DNA of 64,000 nucleotides from Nannocystales bacterium. Lineage in GTDB: Bacteria; Myxococcota_A; Polyangia; Nannocystales; Nannocystaceae. Below are positions 1 to 9,392 of this stretch, one piece after another (positions within the stretch are counted from its first letter, which is position 1; every line of letters starts with the position of its first letter). The stretch is from contig JBOEGF010000019.1 of the NCBI GenBank assembly GCA_050633305.1, positions 64,001 through 128,000 on the forward strand. Direction: 5' to 3'. The position numbers and the translations under genes are program-made. The notes beneath the pieces were generated by a model. It was given only the letters and a program-made list of their open reading frames with translations, had not been told where the DNA came from and made no database searches.

Positions 1-848
1 GTGGTCCGCGCCTGCGGCGTCTTGCGAAGCCACTCGAGCTCCCGTTTGAGGAATCGTTGGCGGTTGCCCTCCACCCGCTCCGCGTGGGCCGTGCGCAGGG
101 CTTTGGCTTCGAGGTACATGCCCCACCCACCGTCGTAGCTGTAGACCTCGCCGAGTTCGACCTCGAGCGTGCGCGTGACGACCCGGTTGAGCAGGTACCG
201 GTCGTGCGTGACCATCAAGAGGGCACCGCGGTATCGCTCGACCAGCCACTTCTCCAGCCACTCGATCGCGGCGATGTCGAGGTGGTTGGTCGGCTCATCG
301 AGGATCGAGAGCTCGGGCTGGGCGACGAGGACCCGGGCGAGTGCCACCCGTCGTTGCTCACCGCCACTCATGCTGGAGACCGCGGCGTCGTGCCGGGTCA
401 CGCCCAGGTTGGAGAGCATGCTCGCCGCTTCGTGGCGCAGGTCCCAGCCTCCGAGGTTCTCCACTTCGGCAGCGGCATTGGCCTGGGCTTCGAGCAGGGC
501 GTCAAAATCCCCCGATGCGGTCTCGAGCTGCGAGGACACCTCGGTGTGTCGAGCGACGGCCTCGGCCCATCCGACGATCCCAGAGAGTGCGGCATCGATC
601 GCGGTGTGGCCCTCGGTGAACTTCGGGTTTTGGGAGAGGTACCCGACGCGAAGATCGGTGCGCTTGACCACCTCGCCGTCGTCGGCTTCTTGGTCGCCGG
701 TCAAGATCCGGACCAACGTGGTCTTGCCGGACCCGTTGCGCCCGACCAAGCCGACACGCTCTCCAGCTTCGATCGCCATGGTGGCGCCTCGTAAGACCTC
801 GCGCTCGCCGAAGCTCACGCGCAACCCGTTGGCGGTCAGAATCGTCAA
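1..848 (-). CDS. ABC-F family ATP-binding protein (Uup-like), 3' end runs off the window
   Basis: Manual minus-strand translation from TTG at 848 gives MTILTANGLRVSFGEREVLRGATMAIEAGERVGLVGRNGSGKTT (Walker A). The same frame at the window edge reads KRELEWLRKTPQARTT, an ABC-F inter-domain linker. It is absent from the ORF track because it has no stop in the window. Confidence 0.85.
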   Translation of the reverse strand, partial: MTILTANGLRVSFGEREVLRGATMAIEAGERVGLVGRNGSGKTTLVRILTGDQEADDGEVVKRTDLRVGYLSQNPKFTEGHTAIDAALSGIVGWAEAVARHTEVSSQLETASGDFDALLEAQANAAAEVENLGGWDLRHEAASMLSNLGVTRHDAAVSSMSGGEQRRVALARVLVAQPELSILDEPTNHLDIAAIEWLEKWLVERYRGALLMVTHDRYLLNRVVTRTLEVELGEVYSYDGGWGMYLEAKALRTAHAERVEGNRQRFLKRELEWLRKTPQART

Positions 849-890
849 GAGGTCGGCATCCTTAGCATGACTTCCCTCGGCACGGCCGGC

Positions 891-1730
891 CTATCCGGGG
901 GCGGGAAGTGTGACGCCGGGGGCCTGCAGGAATGGAAGCTCCTGAATCTCCTCGAGCGCGTCCGCGATGAACTCCTTGACTGGCTCAGCGTCGTGATACG
1001 CGAACTGGGCGGGAGAGCCCACGTAGTCGAACCGCGCGTCATGGAGCAGCGCGATCCGGTTGGCCGCTGTGAACGCGGTGCGCATGTCGTGGGTGACGAC
1101 GACGGAGGTGGCCCGTAGCTCGGCCCGCAGGCGGATGATGAGGTTGGCGATGCGGGTGATGCTCTGCGGGTCGAGGCCTTGGGTCGGCTCGTCGTACAGA
1201 AGCATCTTGGGCTTCATGGCGATGGCCCGGGCGATACCCACGCGCTTGCGCTGTCCGCCGCTGAGTTCGGCGGGGTACAGCTTCACGCGCCAGCGCTCCA
1301 GCCCGACGAACTCCAGGCAGTCCTGAGCCCGATCGAGGATCTCCTTGTCGTCGGCCTTTGTATGCTCGCGCATGCCGTAGCCGATGTTGTCGAGCACGCT
1401 CATCGAGTCGAACAGCGCGTCGTTTTGGAACACGTAGCCGACCTGCTTGCGCATCACCCCGAGTTCCTCGAGGTTCATGTCGTAGACGGACTTTCCGCGG
1501 AAGAGAATCTCCCCGGCGTCCGGCTCCATCAGTCCCATCATCATCTTCAGCAAGACGCTCTTGCCGCAGCCACTCTCACCGATGATCGCGAGGGTTTCGC
1601 CCTCGTAGACGGTGAGGTTCGCGTCTCGAAGCAGCGGCACATCCGCATCGAATGCCTTACACAGCCCGCGCAGCTCGAAGAGCGTCGCGGGCATCTGCAT
1701 CGTGGACGACGGATGGCGGGTGCCTGCCAC
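891..1730 (-). CDS. ABC transporter ATP-binding protein, MlaF/Mkl-like
   Basis: GESGCGKS Walker A, YVFQNDALFDSMSV, LSGGQRKRVGIARA signature, LLYDEPTQGLDP and VVVTHD. Confidence 0.88.
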   Translation of the reverse strand: MAGTRHPSSTMQMPATLFELRGLCKAFDADVPLLRDANLTVYEGETLAIIGESGCGKSVLLKMMMGLMEPDAGEILFRGKSVYDMNLEELGVMRKQVGYVFQNDALFDSMSVLDNIGYGMREHTKADDKEILDRAQDCLEFVGLERWRVKLYPAELSGGQRKRVGIARAIAMKPKMLLYDEPTQGLDPQSITRIANLIIRLRAELRATSVVVTHDMRTAFTAANRIALLHDARFDYVGSPAQFAYHDAEPVKEFIADALEEIQELPFLQAPGVTLPAPG

Positions 1731-1742
1731 GGCGCCAGCCTA

Positions 1743-2561
1743 TCAGTCTCCCGGGTTGGGGTCGTACTCGGTGGACGGGTCGTAGTCGGGATCGTTGGTG
1801 ACCACCAGCGCGGCAAGTCCGGCGAAGTCGAACTCCGGACCGCCGGAGACCGGTCCGACGTTGTTGATCTGCAGGTGATGCTCACCAGCGTCGAGCGTTG
1901 GCTCGAGTTCGCCGCCGGGCTCGCACGCGCGACCGGTGTCTCGCACCCTGTACCAAGCCCACCGCCGCTGCTCGTTGTCGCAGCCGTACTCCCAGTACGT
2001 GCCGCTATCCGCGACCTGCTTGGTGTCCTGGTTCAAACCGACCTGGAAGGCGTCGGAGTTGTCGACGGTGCCCGCGGCATCCCAAGTCAGTGCCCACAGG
2101 ATGACGTCATCGGAGCACGGCACCTCGAAGGAGAGTGCGGCCGTGCCTTGGTTCGCCATGATCGAGCGAAGGAAGACCACCTGTTCCTTGTCGATCAGGG
2201 GCAGGATCGGGGACTCTGTCTTGGCAAACGTCGTGTCCTCGTCGGGCACGTCCGTCGCCCAAAGCCACTGTGCGAACGGATCGCACGCCGGCTCGGAACC
2301 GGTCGAAGTGGTATCTCCTTCGTCCGTCGTCGTGGGTGCGGACGTTGAGGTTGAGGGGGTCCCTGAGGTGCTCGTCCCTGCAGTGGTCGAGCCGGTTGAG
2401 GTCGCCGGTGCTGTCGTTGCGCCAGGGCCGCCCGTCTGAATCTCAACCGCCTCGGTGTCCGCCTCGGTGTCGCCGTCCGTATCGGTGTCTTCGGCCCCCG
2501 AAGAGAACTGACACCCAGACGCGATGAGGGAAAGGAGTACCCACTTAAGCCCGTTCTCCAC
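1743..2561 (-). CDS. Hypothetical lipoprotein with S/T/G-rich linker and C-terminal beta-rich domain
   Basis: Lipobox-like LIASGC followed by a low-complexity stalk. The start (GTG 2561 or ATG 2579) is estimated within ORF 1743..2765. Confidence 0.65.
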   Translation of the reverse strand: MENGLKWVLLSLIASGCQFSSGAEDTDTDGDTEADTEAVEIQTGGPGATTAPATSTGSTTAGTSTSGTPSTSTSAPTTTDEGDTTSTGSEPACDPFAQWLWATDVPDEDTTFAKTESPILPLIDKEQVVFLRSIMANQGTAALSFEVPCSDDVILWALTWDAAGTVDNSDAFQVGLNQDTKQVADSGTYWEYGCDNEQRRWAWYRVRDTGRACEPGGELEPTLDAGEHHLQINNVGPVSGGPEFDFAGLAALVVTNDPDYDPSTEYDPNPGD

Positions 2562-2825
2562 GACTTGTGAGATTACCATCGCCAACTGGCGGCTGGCTGT
2601 GCGGATGAGCGTGTCTAGGGTCACGCGGGCCGCCTGCGGGGCCGAACGACGTTTCGGACTCCCCGTACGGAGGCCGAATCGGGCATTCACGTGTGCCCAG
2701 ACGTGCATTGCGTAGCGTCTACCGCAGCGAAACGTCGAGAAATCGTGGAGAATGCCGCGAATCACGGACCTGTCGTCCGTCTGTTCTCTGTCGGCCTTTC
2801 CCGTGTCCGCCGTTCAACGTCCACG

Positions 2826-5486
2826 ATGACGAACGCTCCCGCCAACGAGCCCACTCCTCACAATCCCTTCATCGGGAGAGTCATGGGGGGGCGCTACCAG
2901 GTCGACCGACTGATCGGCCGGGGCGGGATGGGCTTGGTCTATCTAGGCCGTGAGCTGCTCGATGACCGTGAGTTGGTGCTCAAGATGCTCGCTCCGCACT
3001 GGGCGGAGGAGCCGACTGCGGTCGCTCGTTTCGAGCGTGAGGGCAAGCGCCTCAGTGAGCTGCGACACCCCAATATCGTCGAGCTTTTCGACATCGGTCA
3101 CCAGGACGACCATCCCTACATTGTGATGGAGTTCATTCGCGGCATCCCGCTGCGAAAGGTGCTCAAGAAAAAAGGCCGGCTGTCGTTGGCCGAGTTCTAC
3201 CCCGTCGCCGCGCAGATGCTGGAGGCCGTCGCGTACGCCCACGACAAGGGCATCATGCTTCGCGACATCAAGCCGTCCAACGTCATGCTCTGTGAGCGGG
3301 GCGGCAAGGCCAACGTGGTCAAGGTCCTCGACTTTGGTCTCGCGAAGATGGTCGAGGGTGACGACGTCGAGGTCACCAAGTCGAACGTGATCGGTACGGC
3401 GGGCTTCTTGGCTCCCGAGCTTATCCGCGGCGGCGATGCCGACGTTCGTGTCGACGTCTACGCGCTGGGCATCATGTTCTTCATGATGCTCACCGGGTCC
3501 TCGCCGATCGTCGGCGAGAACGACGGTGCCATCCTCTACAACCACGTCCACGGCACTCCGAAGTCGTTCGAGGACGCGCTCCCGGCCGACGTTTCGATAC
3601 CTCAGCAGGTCCAAGACTTCGTGTACGGGGCACTCGCCAAGGACGCTGCCGAACGCCCCGCGAGCGCCGGGAAACTCCTCGAGTCGCTTCAAGAGATGTG
3701 CAGCGCAGAGGAACTCGCGTTGCCGTCGGCCTCCGATACCGGGCACAGCGAGATCGAGCGCTACTGGGAACGGAAAAAAGAGGGCGTCGGCTTGAGTGAC
3801 GCCAACCCTTCGAGTTCGCTGTGGACGCGGCCTCGACTCCAGAAACTTCTCGAGGGCGGGGTGGAGGAGGCTGAGGCCGTCAAACCCAGCAACCACGACC
3901 CATACGGATCTTCGCCCAGCATCGAGCTGATGTTGCCCGAGGGCGATGCCAGCCCGGAGGACTCGACGCCGAAGCCGAACTCGGAGTCCAAGGTCAAGGC
4001 CGACGAGGGTCCGAACGTCGTCGCCTCGGATCCCGGGGGGTCGCGGAACCTCCCGCCCCAGCCGTCGGCGGCCATTCGGGCCAAGACAGCGGGGCGCCTC
4101 CCTGCTGCACCGACGTCCTCGGCTCGCCCCGGCCGCCCTGCGGTCGAGGCCGACGACAGCAACGAACCCCCGGTGCCGCCGCCCAACGCACGGCGCCCCA
4201 AGCCCGCTCGTACGGTTGCGAGCTCCAACATGAACCGAGCGTTGCCGGGCCCGCCGCCTCGGCGCCACACTGTGCCCGCGACGACGTCCGGGTCGAGCGA
4301 TGCGCCCGGGTCGGCGCGCCCCTCGACGTCGACGCAGGTTCCATCGGACGCGGCACCCGTGGCGAAGCCCGGTCCGATGAAGAGTTCGTCGGTGACCCTC
4401 GTACCGTCACCCGTCCAGACCCCGTCGCCGTTCGAGGGGGAAGGGGAAGTGGGGCCGCTGCATCTGGAGCTTCAGTCGGCGCCCAAGCGGAGGCCTCGCC
4501 CTCCGGGCAGCCGTCCAACACTTCCAATGGGTGCGATGACGGCCGACGTTCAAGCCGTCGTCCCGAAAGCTGAACCGGTCGAGGTCGATGAGCTCGACAT
4601 CGATGTGGATGTCGAGATGGACGTGGACGTCGACATGGAAGTCGACGTCGAGCCGGATCCCGTCACCGACCCCGTCGCGCCAGCGAGGTCGCCAGCGAAG
4701 ACCGCAGCCGCAGCCGTAGTCGCAGCCCCCGCTCCCGTGCCGGTCATGCACTCGGCGGAGCCCGTGCCGACCCCAAAGAAGGGGATCGGAACCATCTTGG
4801 CGATCTCAGTCGCCGCCGCGCTCGTCTTCGGGGGCATCGTCACGTGGCTCGCTCTTCGCTCGGGCGACGACGATGACGTCACAGCGCAGGCCACCGAGAA
4901 CGAGGCCGACGAGCCTGCAGCACCCTCTGGCTCCAAGGCCGATGGCTCCGATGATGATGAGGAGGCCGAGGCCATCCCGGCGGTGGGGCTCGATGACGAC
5001 ACCAACATCGACCCGGATGCGCCCGGGACGATCCGAGTCGAGGGACCCGCGGGCGGTGAGGCGTTCATCAACGACGAGTCGGTGGGCACCGTTCCTGCCA
5101 AGGTCACGCGGCCGCCGGGGCTGTACACCATCCGCGTCGAGGCGCGTGGGTTCGAAGACTGGTCGGCGGACGTGCAGCTGCAGGCCGACGGGCGAGCCAA
5201 GCTCGTGGCGGCCAACACGGTCAAGCTCGGCTCGTCCCGCTCGAACAACAACCGCCGACGAGGCGCGGGCAAGGGAGCAAGCAAGCCCAATCCCGTCGCG
5301 CCCAAGGACCCGACGCCAGCGTCCGAGCCGACGCCAGCGACGAAGCCAGAGCCGAAGCCAGAGCCGAAGCCAGAGCCGAAGTCGGAGCCGGCTCCGAAGA
5401 CAAACCCACCGCCCGCAGAAGACGACGTCTTCATGAAGCGTGGCGAAAAGAAGGACGACGGGATCTTCCTCCCCGTCGGCAAGTGA
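2826..5486 (+). CDS. Hanks-type Ser/Thr protein kinase with Pro-rich linker, TM helix and PEGA-like domain
   Basis: IGRGGMGLVY, VLKML, RDIKPSNVM, DFGLAK and GTAGFLAPE; TM segment ILAISVAAALVFGGIVTWLAL; PEGA-like GTIRVEGPAGGEAFIN...PGLYTIRVEARGF. Confidence 0.92.
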   Translation: MTNAPANEPTPHNPFIGRVMGGRYQVDRLIGRGGMGLVYLGRELLDDRELVLKMLAPHWAEEPTAVARFEREGKRLSELRHPNIVELFDIGHQDDHPYIVMEFIRGIPLRKVLKKKGRLSLAEFYPVAAQMLEAVAYAHDKGIMLRDIKPSNVMLCERGGKANVVKVLDFGLAKMVEGDDVEVTKSNVIGTAGFLAPELIRGGDADVRVDVYALGIMFFMMLTGSSPIVGENDGAILYNHVHGTPKSFEDALPADVSIPQQVQDFVYGALAKDAAERPASAGKLLESLQEMCSAEELALPSASDTGHSEIERYWERKKEGVGLSDANPSSSLWTRPRLQKLLEGGVEEAEAVKPSNHDPYGSSPSIELMLPEGDASPEDSTPKPNSESKVKADEGPNVVASDPGGSRNLPPQPSAAIRAKTAGRLPAAPTSSARPGRPAVEADDSNEPPVPPPNARRPKPARTVASSNMNRALPGPPPRRHTVPATTSGSSDAPGSARPSTSTQVPSDAAPVAKPGPMKSSSVTLVPSPVQTPSPFEGEGEVGPLHLELQSAPKRRPRPPGSRPTLPMGAMTADVQAVVPKAEPVEVDELDIDVDVEMDVDVDMEVDVEPDPVTDPVAPARSPAKTAAAAVVAAPAPVPVMHSAEPVPTPKKGIGTILAISVAAALVFGGIVTWLALRSGDDDDVTAQATENEADEPAAPSGSKADGSDDDEEAEAIPAVGLDDDTNIDPDAPGTIRVEGPAGGEAFINDESVGTVPAKVTRPPGLYTIRVEARGFEDWSADVQLQADGRAKLVAANTVKLGSSRSNNNRRRGAGKGASKPNPVAPKDPTPASEPTPATKPEPKPEPKPEPKSEPAPKTNPPPAEDDVFMKRGEKKDDGIFLPVGK

Positions 5487-6337
5487 TCGTGAGCCCGAGC
5501 CTGCATCTCCTCGCTGCCGCATCGGTGGCGCTCTCCAGCTTCCCCGCCGCCGCTTTCGCTCAGGCCGCGCCTCGCACCCATGACCTCACGGGGGCGGCGC
5601 ACCTGGCCGAGCCCGAGCCCGAGCCCGAGTCCACGGCGGAGGTTGATGCCATCAACGCCGAAGCGGTTGCGGCGTTCAAGGCCGGCGAGTACGACGAGGC
5701 AGCTCGGCTGTTCGAGAAGGCCTACGAGACCAGCCCTGAGCCGAACTACCTGTTCAACATCGGGCGCGTGTACGAGGAGGGAAGCAACTTCCCCAAGGCG
5801 ATCGAGTTTTACGACCGTTTCATCAATGAGCCAGGCGTTTCGCTCGACTCGCGTGGCGTCGCCCTCGAGCGGCTTCAGGTTCTGCGGGCCATCGTCGAGG
5901 AGGCCGAGGCGAAGAAGCGGGCCGAGCAGGAACCCGAGCCCGAGCCCGAGCCCGAGCCTGACCCCGAGCCCGAACCCGAGCCTGATCCCGAGCCCGAACC
6001 GGAAGGGATGCCCCCGTTGCGCAAGGGCGGCATCGCGTTGCTGATCGTTGGAGGTGTGGTTCTTGGGACCGCGGGCGGACTCGCGGCCGCCGCGAATGGA
6101 CGGTCCAACGACCTCGACACCCTCTCCGCGCTCGAACCGCGCCGTGACGCGGTCAAGCAGGGAAAAAACTTCGCGTTGGCAGCTGACGTCATGTTCGGGG
6201 TCGGTGGTCTGGCCCTGGTCAGCGGCGCCGTCTTGCTGGGACTGTCCTACCGCAAGGGATCCGACAATCGTCGGGCTCGGCTCGCCCCTTCGTTTTCCCC
6301 CCATGGCGCAGGCGTCTCAGCGCATCTCCGATTCTAG
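5483..6337 (+). CDS. Exported TPR-containing protein with C-terminal hydrophobic hairpin and terminal RF
   Basis: Signal peptide (AAAFAQ); TPR-like AFKAGEYDEAARLFEKAYE...YLFNIGRVYE; (EP)n linker; GTGA overlap with the kinase stop. Confidence 0.8.
   Translation: MIVSPSLHLLAAASVALSSFPAAAFAQAAPRTHDLTGAAHLAEPEPEPESTAEVDAINAEAVAAFKAGEYDEAARLFEKAYETSPEPNYLFNIGRVYEEGSNFPKAIEFYDRFINEPGVSLDSRGVALERLQVLRAIVEEAEAKKRAEQEPEPEPEPEPDPEPEPEPDPEPEPEGMPPLRKGGIALLIVGGVVLGTAGGLAAAANGRSNDLDTLSALEPRRDAVKQGKNFALAADVMFGVGGLALVSGAVLLGLSYRKGSDNRRARLAPSFSPHGAGVSAHLRF
5930..6002 (+). repeat. Intragenic 6-bp tandem repeat (GAGCCC-type) encoding a (Glu-Pro)n linker
   Basis: gaacccgagcccgagcccgagccc... run. Confidence 0.8.
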
Positions 6338-6359
6338 ACTCACGCGCCTTCGAACCGTC

Positions 6360-7952
6360 ATGAACCGCCATCGCCCCTTCGCGTTTCGACACGCCCTGCT
6401 TGCTGCGGCCACATCTTGTCTGCTCGGCAGCTGTTCCCTCGTGCTCGAGTTCGACGAGTGTCGGACGGACGACGATTGCCTCAACGCCAACGGCGAGACC
6501 TTGGTCTGCAATACCGAGACCTTGGTTTGCGAAGACCGTCCGGAGCCAGTCGATGTTGTGTGCGACGACTTCGACACGTGCACGGACCTCTACGGTGAGG
6601 ACTCGACCTGCGGCGCCCAGGGCCGCTGTGTGCTGCTGACCTCGGACGAATGCACCAAAGTCGTGCATCCCTCGGGAGCGTCCCCAGACGAGGTCGTCTG
6701 GGTCGGTTCGATCCTCGCGACGTCAGAGCCCTTCACGAGCACGATCGTTCCGATCGAGAACGCCATCGAACTCGCGATCGAGGATTTCAACTCGGTCACC
6801 TCCTTGCCCGATGGCCGCAAGGTTGGATGGATTGGGTGCGACTCGAGGGGGAGTGCGAGCACGGCTGCCGATGCGGCTGAGCACTTGATCGAGGACGTGG
6901 GCGTCCCGGCGATCATCGGTCCGGCCTTGTCCGCAGAGCTCCTCGGGCTCGCGCCAACCGTGGTCGACTCCGGCACGTTCATGATCTCTCCGAGCGCCAC
7001 CGCGGCATCGATCGCTGGCCTGGATGACTCGGGGTTGATCTGGCGCACGATCAGCAGCGATGCGGTGCAGGCCAATGCGATCGCGGACCGCATCGCATCG
7101 CTCGACCCGCCACCGGAAAGCATCCTGGTGTTGGCGAAGAACGACGCGTACGGCGTCGGACTGTTTGAGCCGATGATCCAGCGGCTGGCAGCCGAGCTTC
7201 CTGGCGTTCCTACGGGGTCTTTGCTGTATCCCGACCCCGTCGGACTCGACAGCGCGGAGGTGGAACGGGCCTACACGACGGTCATCGCCGAGGGCTTCGC
7301 CCAGGAAGCGGACACCATCGTCATCCTGGGCGCGTCCGAGATGTTGGAGCTGCTGCGCGTCTATCTGGTCGCCTGGAACAACACCGGCATTCTGCTGCCA
7401 CGTTTCGTTGTTTCACACGGGGCGGTGCCTTCGTTGCTGCTCGCCCCCGAGCTTGTGGCTGAGTCCTTCGCGCCCACGCTCATGGCGTCGCTCGAAGGGG
7501 TCTCTCCTGCGATTCAGGACCCGGACAACTTCGACGCGTTCAACATCCGTTACCGCGTCCTGACCGACGACACCAACCCCCTGTCGGCCAGTCCTCTGGG
7601 ATATGATGCCGCGCTGGTCACCCTGCTGGGCATGGTGGCTGGGGGGGCAGACCGTGGCGTAGACATCGCGAGCGCCATCCCGAGGCTCGCGGACACGGCA
7701 GGTACAGCACTTCCGCTCGGGGATCCACGCGCTCTGCTGGATGCTCGAGAGCTCCTCGTCAGCGGGGCCAACCTCGACATCGGCGGCGTGAGTGGGCCAC
7801 TCGACTTCGACTTGGTCGCGGGCGAGATCTCGAGCAACTACGTCGGATGGGACATCGTCCCGCAGAGCGGGGACTCGGCGGCAGGCCAGTTGGTGCCAGG
7901 CCGCGCGTATGTCCTCGAGAACTCGGTCGAAGGCGCCTGGACCGAGCTTTAG
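6360..7952 (+). CDS. Lipoprotein with Cys-rich N-terminus and branched-chain amino acid-type (type I) substrate-binding domain
   Basis: Lipobox LLGSC; LAIEDFN, AIIGPALS, ISPSATA, WRTISSDAVQA and GVSGPLDFD are typical of the LivJ-like periplasmic binding fold. Confidence 0.8.
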   Translation: MNRHRPFAFRHALLAAATSCLLGSCSLVLEFDECRTDDDCLNANGETLVCNTETLVCEDRPEPVDVVCDDFDTCTDLYGEDSTCGAQGRCVLLTSDECTKVVHPSGASPDEVVWVGSILATSEPFTSTIVPIENAIELAIEDFNSVTSLPDGRKVGWIGCDSRGSASTAADAAEHLIEDVGVPAIIGPALSAELLGLAPTVVDSGTFMISPSATAASIAGLDDSGLIWRTISSDAVQANAIADRIASLDPPPESILVLAKNDAYGVGLFEPMIQRLAAELPGVPTGSLLYPDPVGLDSAEVERAYTTVIAEGFAQEADTIVILGASEMLELLRVYLVAWNNTGILLPRFVVSHGAVPSLLLAPELVAESFAPTLMASLEGVSPAIQDPDNFDAFNIRYRVLTDDTNPLSASPLGYDAALVTLLGMVAGGADRGVDIASAIPRLADTAGTALPLGDPRALLDARELLVSGANLDIGGVSGPLDFDLVAGEISSNYVGWDIVPQSGDSAAGQLVPGRAYVLENSVEGAWTEL

Positions 7953-7969
7953 GCTGCGACCCGAAGGGG

Positions 7970-8377
7970 TCAGCCTTTCTTCCCGAACTTGCTCGCCAGG
8001 GTGTGTTGACCCGGCCCGATGAGCAGGACCGAAGCGAAGAGGATGCCCGCCTCGATCGCGTGGCTGGCCCCAGTGAAGCCATCGTTCTTGCGAATGTGCA
8101 TCGTCGCTGCGACCACCATGGTGCTCAGGAGCAGCAACGTCGCGGGCACGAACCCGATGCCGAGTGCGAACGCGAGTCCTCCGAAAAACTCGGCGATGGC
8201 GGCCATGAACCCCCAGAACGTCGGGGCGAAGTCGATGCCGACATGGACCATGCTCTTGCCGAGCTTGGTCCAAGCGCGCTCACCACCCGCGAGCTTGGGC
8301 CACCCGTGCGCCATGAACATGCCGCCGATCCCGACGCGCAACAGCAGCAGGCCGAGGTCGCGGAATCTATCGCCCAT
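7970..8377 (-). CDS. DoxX family membrane protein
   Basis: GLLLLRVGIGGMFMAHGWPKL, AEFFGGL and GPGQHTL. Confidence 0.9.
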   Translation of the reverse strand: MGDRFRDLGLLLLRVGIGGMFMAHGWPKLAGGERAWTKLGKSMVHVGIDFAPTFWGFMAAIAEFFGGLAFALGIGFVPATLLLLSTMVVAATMHIRKNDGFTGASHAIEAGILFASVLLIGPGQHTLASKFGKKG

Positions 8378-8421
8378 CGCCTCCGGCTAACACCGAACGC
8401 GAGAACCTCCAAGAAAGCGGC

Positions 8422-9201
8422 TCAGTCGTAGCTCTGGTAGTAGGCGCCAACGCCAGAGACGTACATGACGCCTTGTTGGCCCAGGTTCACGTTGGCGAAC
8501 CGTTGCTCGAACTGCATGACGAAGGAGTTTCGACCTCGCGGTCCCGGCAGGTTGGGCGGGAGTCGGGGACGGCGACTTGCGGAGTAGTCCTTGGGGTCGC
8601 TGGGGTCTCGGACCCAGATCGGGCACCCGCCGATGCGAGCGGGCGCCTGCCAGATCGCGTCGTGGAGAAGGGCGATGGGAGACTCTTCGTCTTCGTGCAG
8701 GTCGAACACATCACCGGGGACGTCGACCTGGATGAGGCTGAAGCGGCGGCTCTTGCGGCCTTGCGAGCGACGAGGCAGTGGACCTCGGTAGGCACCGCGG
8801 GCGAGTTCTTCCTCTGACAGAAAGACGACGGCGGTGTCGACGTTGCCGTTCTGGTCCGCGCGATTGGCGTTGGCGTTGCTGATGAACAGCATCATTGCCC
8901 GTGCGCGTGGCGGGGCGCCCAAGAGCCGGATGTCTCGGAGGTCGATCGTGAAGACGTGCTCCATCCGCAGGTCCGCAGCGTCGTACGCGTCGAGCTGGTT
9001 GGCGCCCGCGAGGAGTTCACCCAGCTGCGGGTAGAGCGGCCAGTCGGCGTCCGTGAGGCCCACTGGGGGGCCGAAGACACGGTTCAGGCTGTCCTCGCCT
9101 GGCGGAACGTTGAAGTCGGGAAAGTACAGCGGCAGGTTCCGCTCGTTGTCGCGAAATGCATCCGCAAAACGCTGGATCTCTGCGATGTACGGGGCCGCCA
9201 T
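8422..9201 (-). CDS. Hypothetical protein, weakly DUF1963/YwqG-like
   Basis: MEHVFTIDL, RIGGCPIWV and FVMQFE...NLGQQGVMYV resemble YwqG-like proteins; start estimated. Confidence 0.55.
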   Translation of the reverse strand: MAAPYIAEIQRFADAFRDNERNLPLYFPDFNVPPGEDSLNRVFGPPVGLTDADWPLYPQLGELLAGANQLDAYDAADLRMEHVFTIDLRDIRLLGAPPRARAMMLFISNANANRADQNGNVDTAVVFLSEEELARGAYRGPLPRRSQGRKSRRFSLIQVDVPGDVFDLHEDEESPIALLHDAIWQAPARIGGCPIWVRDPSDPKDYSASRRPRLPPNLPGPRGRNSFVMQFEQRFANVNLGQQGVMYVSGVGAYYQSYD

Positions 9202-9392
9202 ATTCCATCCCGAAGCTTCTACGAGCGCGTGCGCCTGTCCCACTTTCCAAAAAGACGAGCCCGATTGCACGCAGTTGCAGGCCGATTTCAGACTTTTCCG
9301 GGCCGCGCGAAAACCGGCCCGGAAGAATTTCTAGCCGGGACTCGGTGGCACAACGCCCAGAGGGCCCGAGCTGCCATGGCATCATCGACCGG

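Noticed and set aside
57..870. + strand ORFs 57..794 and 169..870
   Set aside because: Shadows of the minus-strand ABC-F gene, which the ORF track missed because it runs off the window.
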